IMG/VR virus record: IMGVR_UViG_3300037423_000845
Location: 1 to 25,383 of that record
Direction: 5' to 3' (one strand)
Source of the DNA: a virus
Lineage: Duplodnaviria; Caudoviricetes
Length of the DNA: 25,383 bases
Position numbers and translations under genes: made by a program. This document shows, piece by piece, positions 25,072-25,383 of this stretch; position 1 is the first letter of the stretch, and every line of letters begins with the position of its first letter. The notes under the pieces are model-generated. The model was not told the origin of the DNA and ran no database searches. It saw only the letters and a list, made by a program, of their open reading frames with translations.

Positions 25072-25093
25072 AGCAGTGCCCGCGCGATGACGC

Positions 25094-25106
25094 TAAGTGG
25101 TTGAAA
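25094..25106 (-). promoter_or_regulatory. IHF-like binding site in attP
   Basis: Minus strand TTTCAACCACTTA matches the IHF consensus WATCAANNNNTTR with one mismatch, 16 bp from the att core. Confidence 0.5.
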
Positions 25107-25122
25107 TGTCTTCTTGAGTTGT

Positions 25123-25168
25123 GGATTGTGGTTCCGGTTGTCGCGGGTTCGAACCCCGTCACTCACCC
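25123..25168 (+). other. attP core: 3' half of tRNA-His(GTG)
   Basis: GGA-TTGTGGT-TCCGG (anticodon GTG at 25128-25130), TTGTC variable loop, GCGGG-TTCGAAC-CCCGT T-arm, CACTCAC-C acceptor strand with the His-type C discriminator. No D-arm or 5' acceptor strand. Lies 12 bp from the integrase stop. Confidence 0.9.
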
Positions 25169-25180
25169 TAGAAAACAGCC

Positions 25181-25383
25181 TCATCGTTTTGCCCTCCTTC
25201 GGGCGGGTGCACTTTGGGTGCGTTTATTGTTGGGAGTCACATAGCCACCGGCCGCCGCGAGGGCCTCTTGGCCGGCGGAGCGCTCGGGGGCGACGTAGAT
25301 GTTGGTCGTGCTGATGAGCTTGTGGCCCAGCACGTAAGAGACGCCTCGGATGGGGGCGCCGGCGTCGAGGAGCTCTTTGGCGC
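25181..25383 (-). CDS. int: Tyrosine recombinase (integrase), C-terminal end (absent from the ORF track)
   Basis: Hand translation ...AKELLDAGAPIRGVSYVLGHKLISTTNIYVAPERSAGQEALAAAGGYVTPNNKRTQSAPARRRAKR* contains the box II LGH...TT.IY motif with the catalytic Tyr. Confidence 0.92.
   Translation of the reverse strand, partial: AKELLDAGAPIRGVSYVLGHKLISTTNIYVAPERSAGQEALAAAGGYVTPNNKRTQSAPARRRAKR
25205..25226. repeat. Putative integrase arm-type sites, right arm (tandem 11-mers)
   Basis: GGGTGCACTTT followed by GGGTGCGTTTA, about 40 bp from the core and inside the int coding tail. Confidence 0.5.

Larger units (their letters stand above)
1..25383 (-). mobile_element. Temperate tailed phage (podovirus-like) genome segment in unintegrated (attP) configuration
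   Basis: Seen: co-directional, tightly coupled run of integrase, replication, terminase, portal, scaffold, capsid, adaptor, nozzle and ejection-type genes with no host housekeeping genes. Inference: no tail tube, tail chaperone or baseplate genes between head and ejection genes, which suggests a short tail. Confidence 0.95.

Noticed and set aside
25090-25170. Complete tRNA-His gene
   Set aside because: No 5' acceptor strand or D-arm, and the anticodon stem is only partly paired. It is an att core fragment.

Overview
The whole window is part of a high-GC temperate tailed-phage genome, most likely podovirus-type. Every credible gene is on the minus strand, and most are translationally coupled through ATGA, GTGA, TGATG or TAATG overlaps. 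Read in the direction of transcription (right to left), the order is: 3' end of a tyrosine integrase; an intact attP carrying the 3' half of a tRNA-His(GTG), an IHF-like site and arm-type repeats; a replication module (Zn-finger/coiled-coil protein, initiator with internal iteron-like repeats, DnaC/IstB-like loader, RusA-like resolvase); a structured intergenic control region; a GNAT-like gene; terS and terL; three small accessory ORFs; a second promoter with a palindrome in its spacer; portal, scaffold, major capsid and probable decoration proteins; adaptor; a large nozzle-like tail protein; three large ejection-type proteins; an RcGTA Rcc01079-like head-spike base; and a fibre gene truncated by the window edge. 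No repressor, lysis cassette or long-tail genes are visible. The most notable points are (i) attP sits between the co-directional int and replication genes, so integration would physically split them; (ii) one ejection protein is punctuated by four A/E-x-G-G-P motifs and carries an unexplained enzyme-like domain; (iii) a GTA-like head-spike module is present; and (iv) a chain of coupled mini-ORFs leads into the packaging operon. All product calls come from motif recognition and gene order by eye; no database searches were run.
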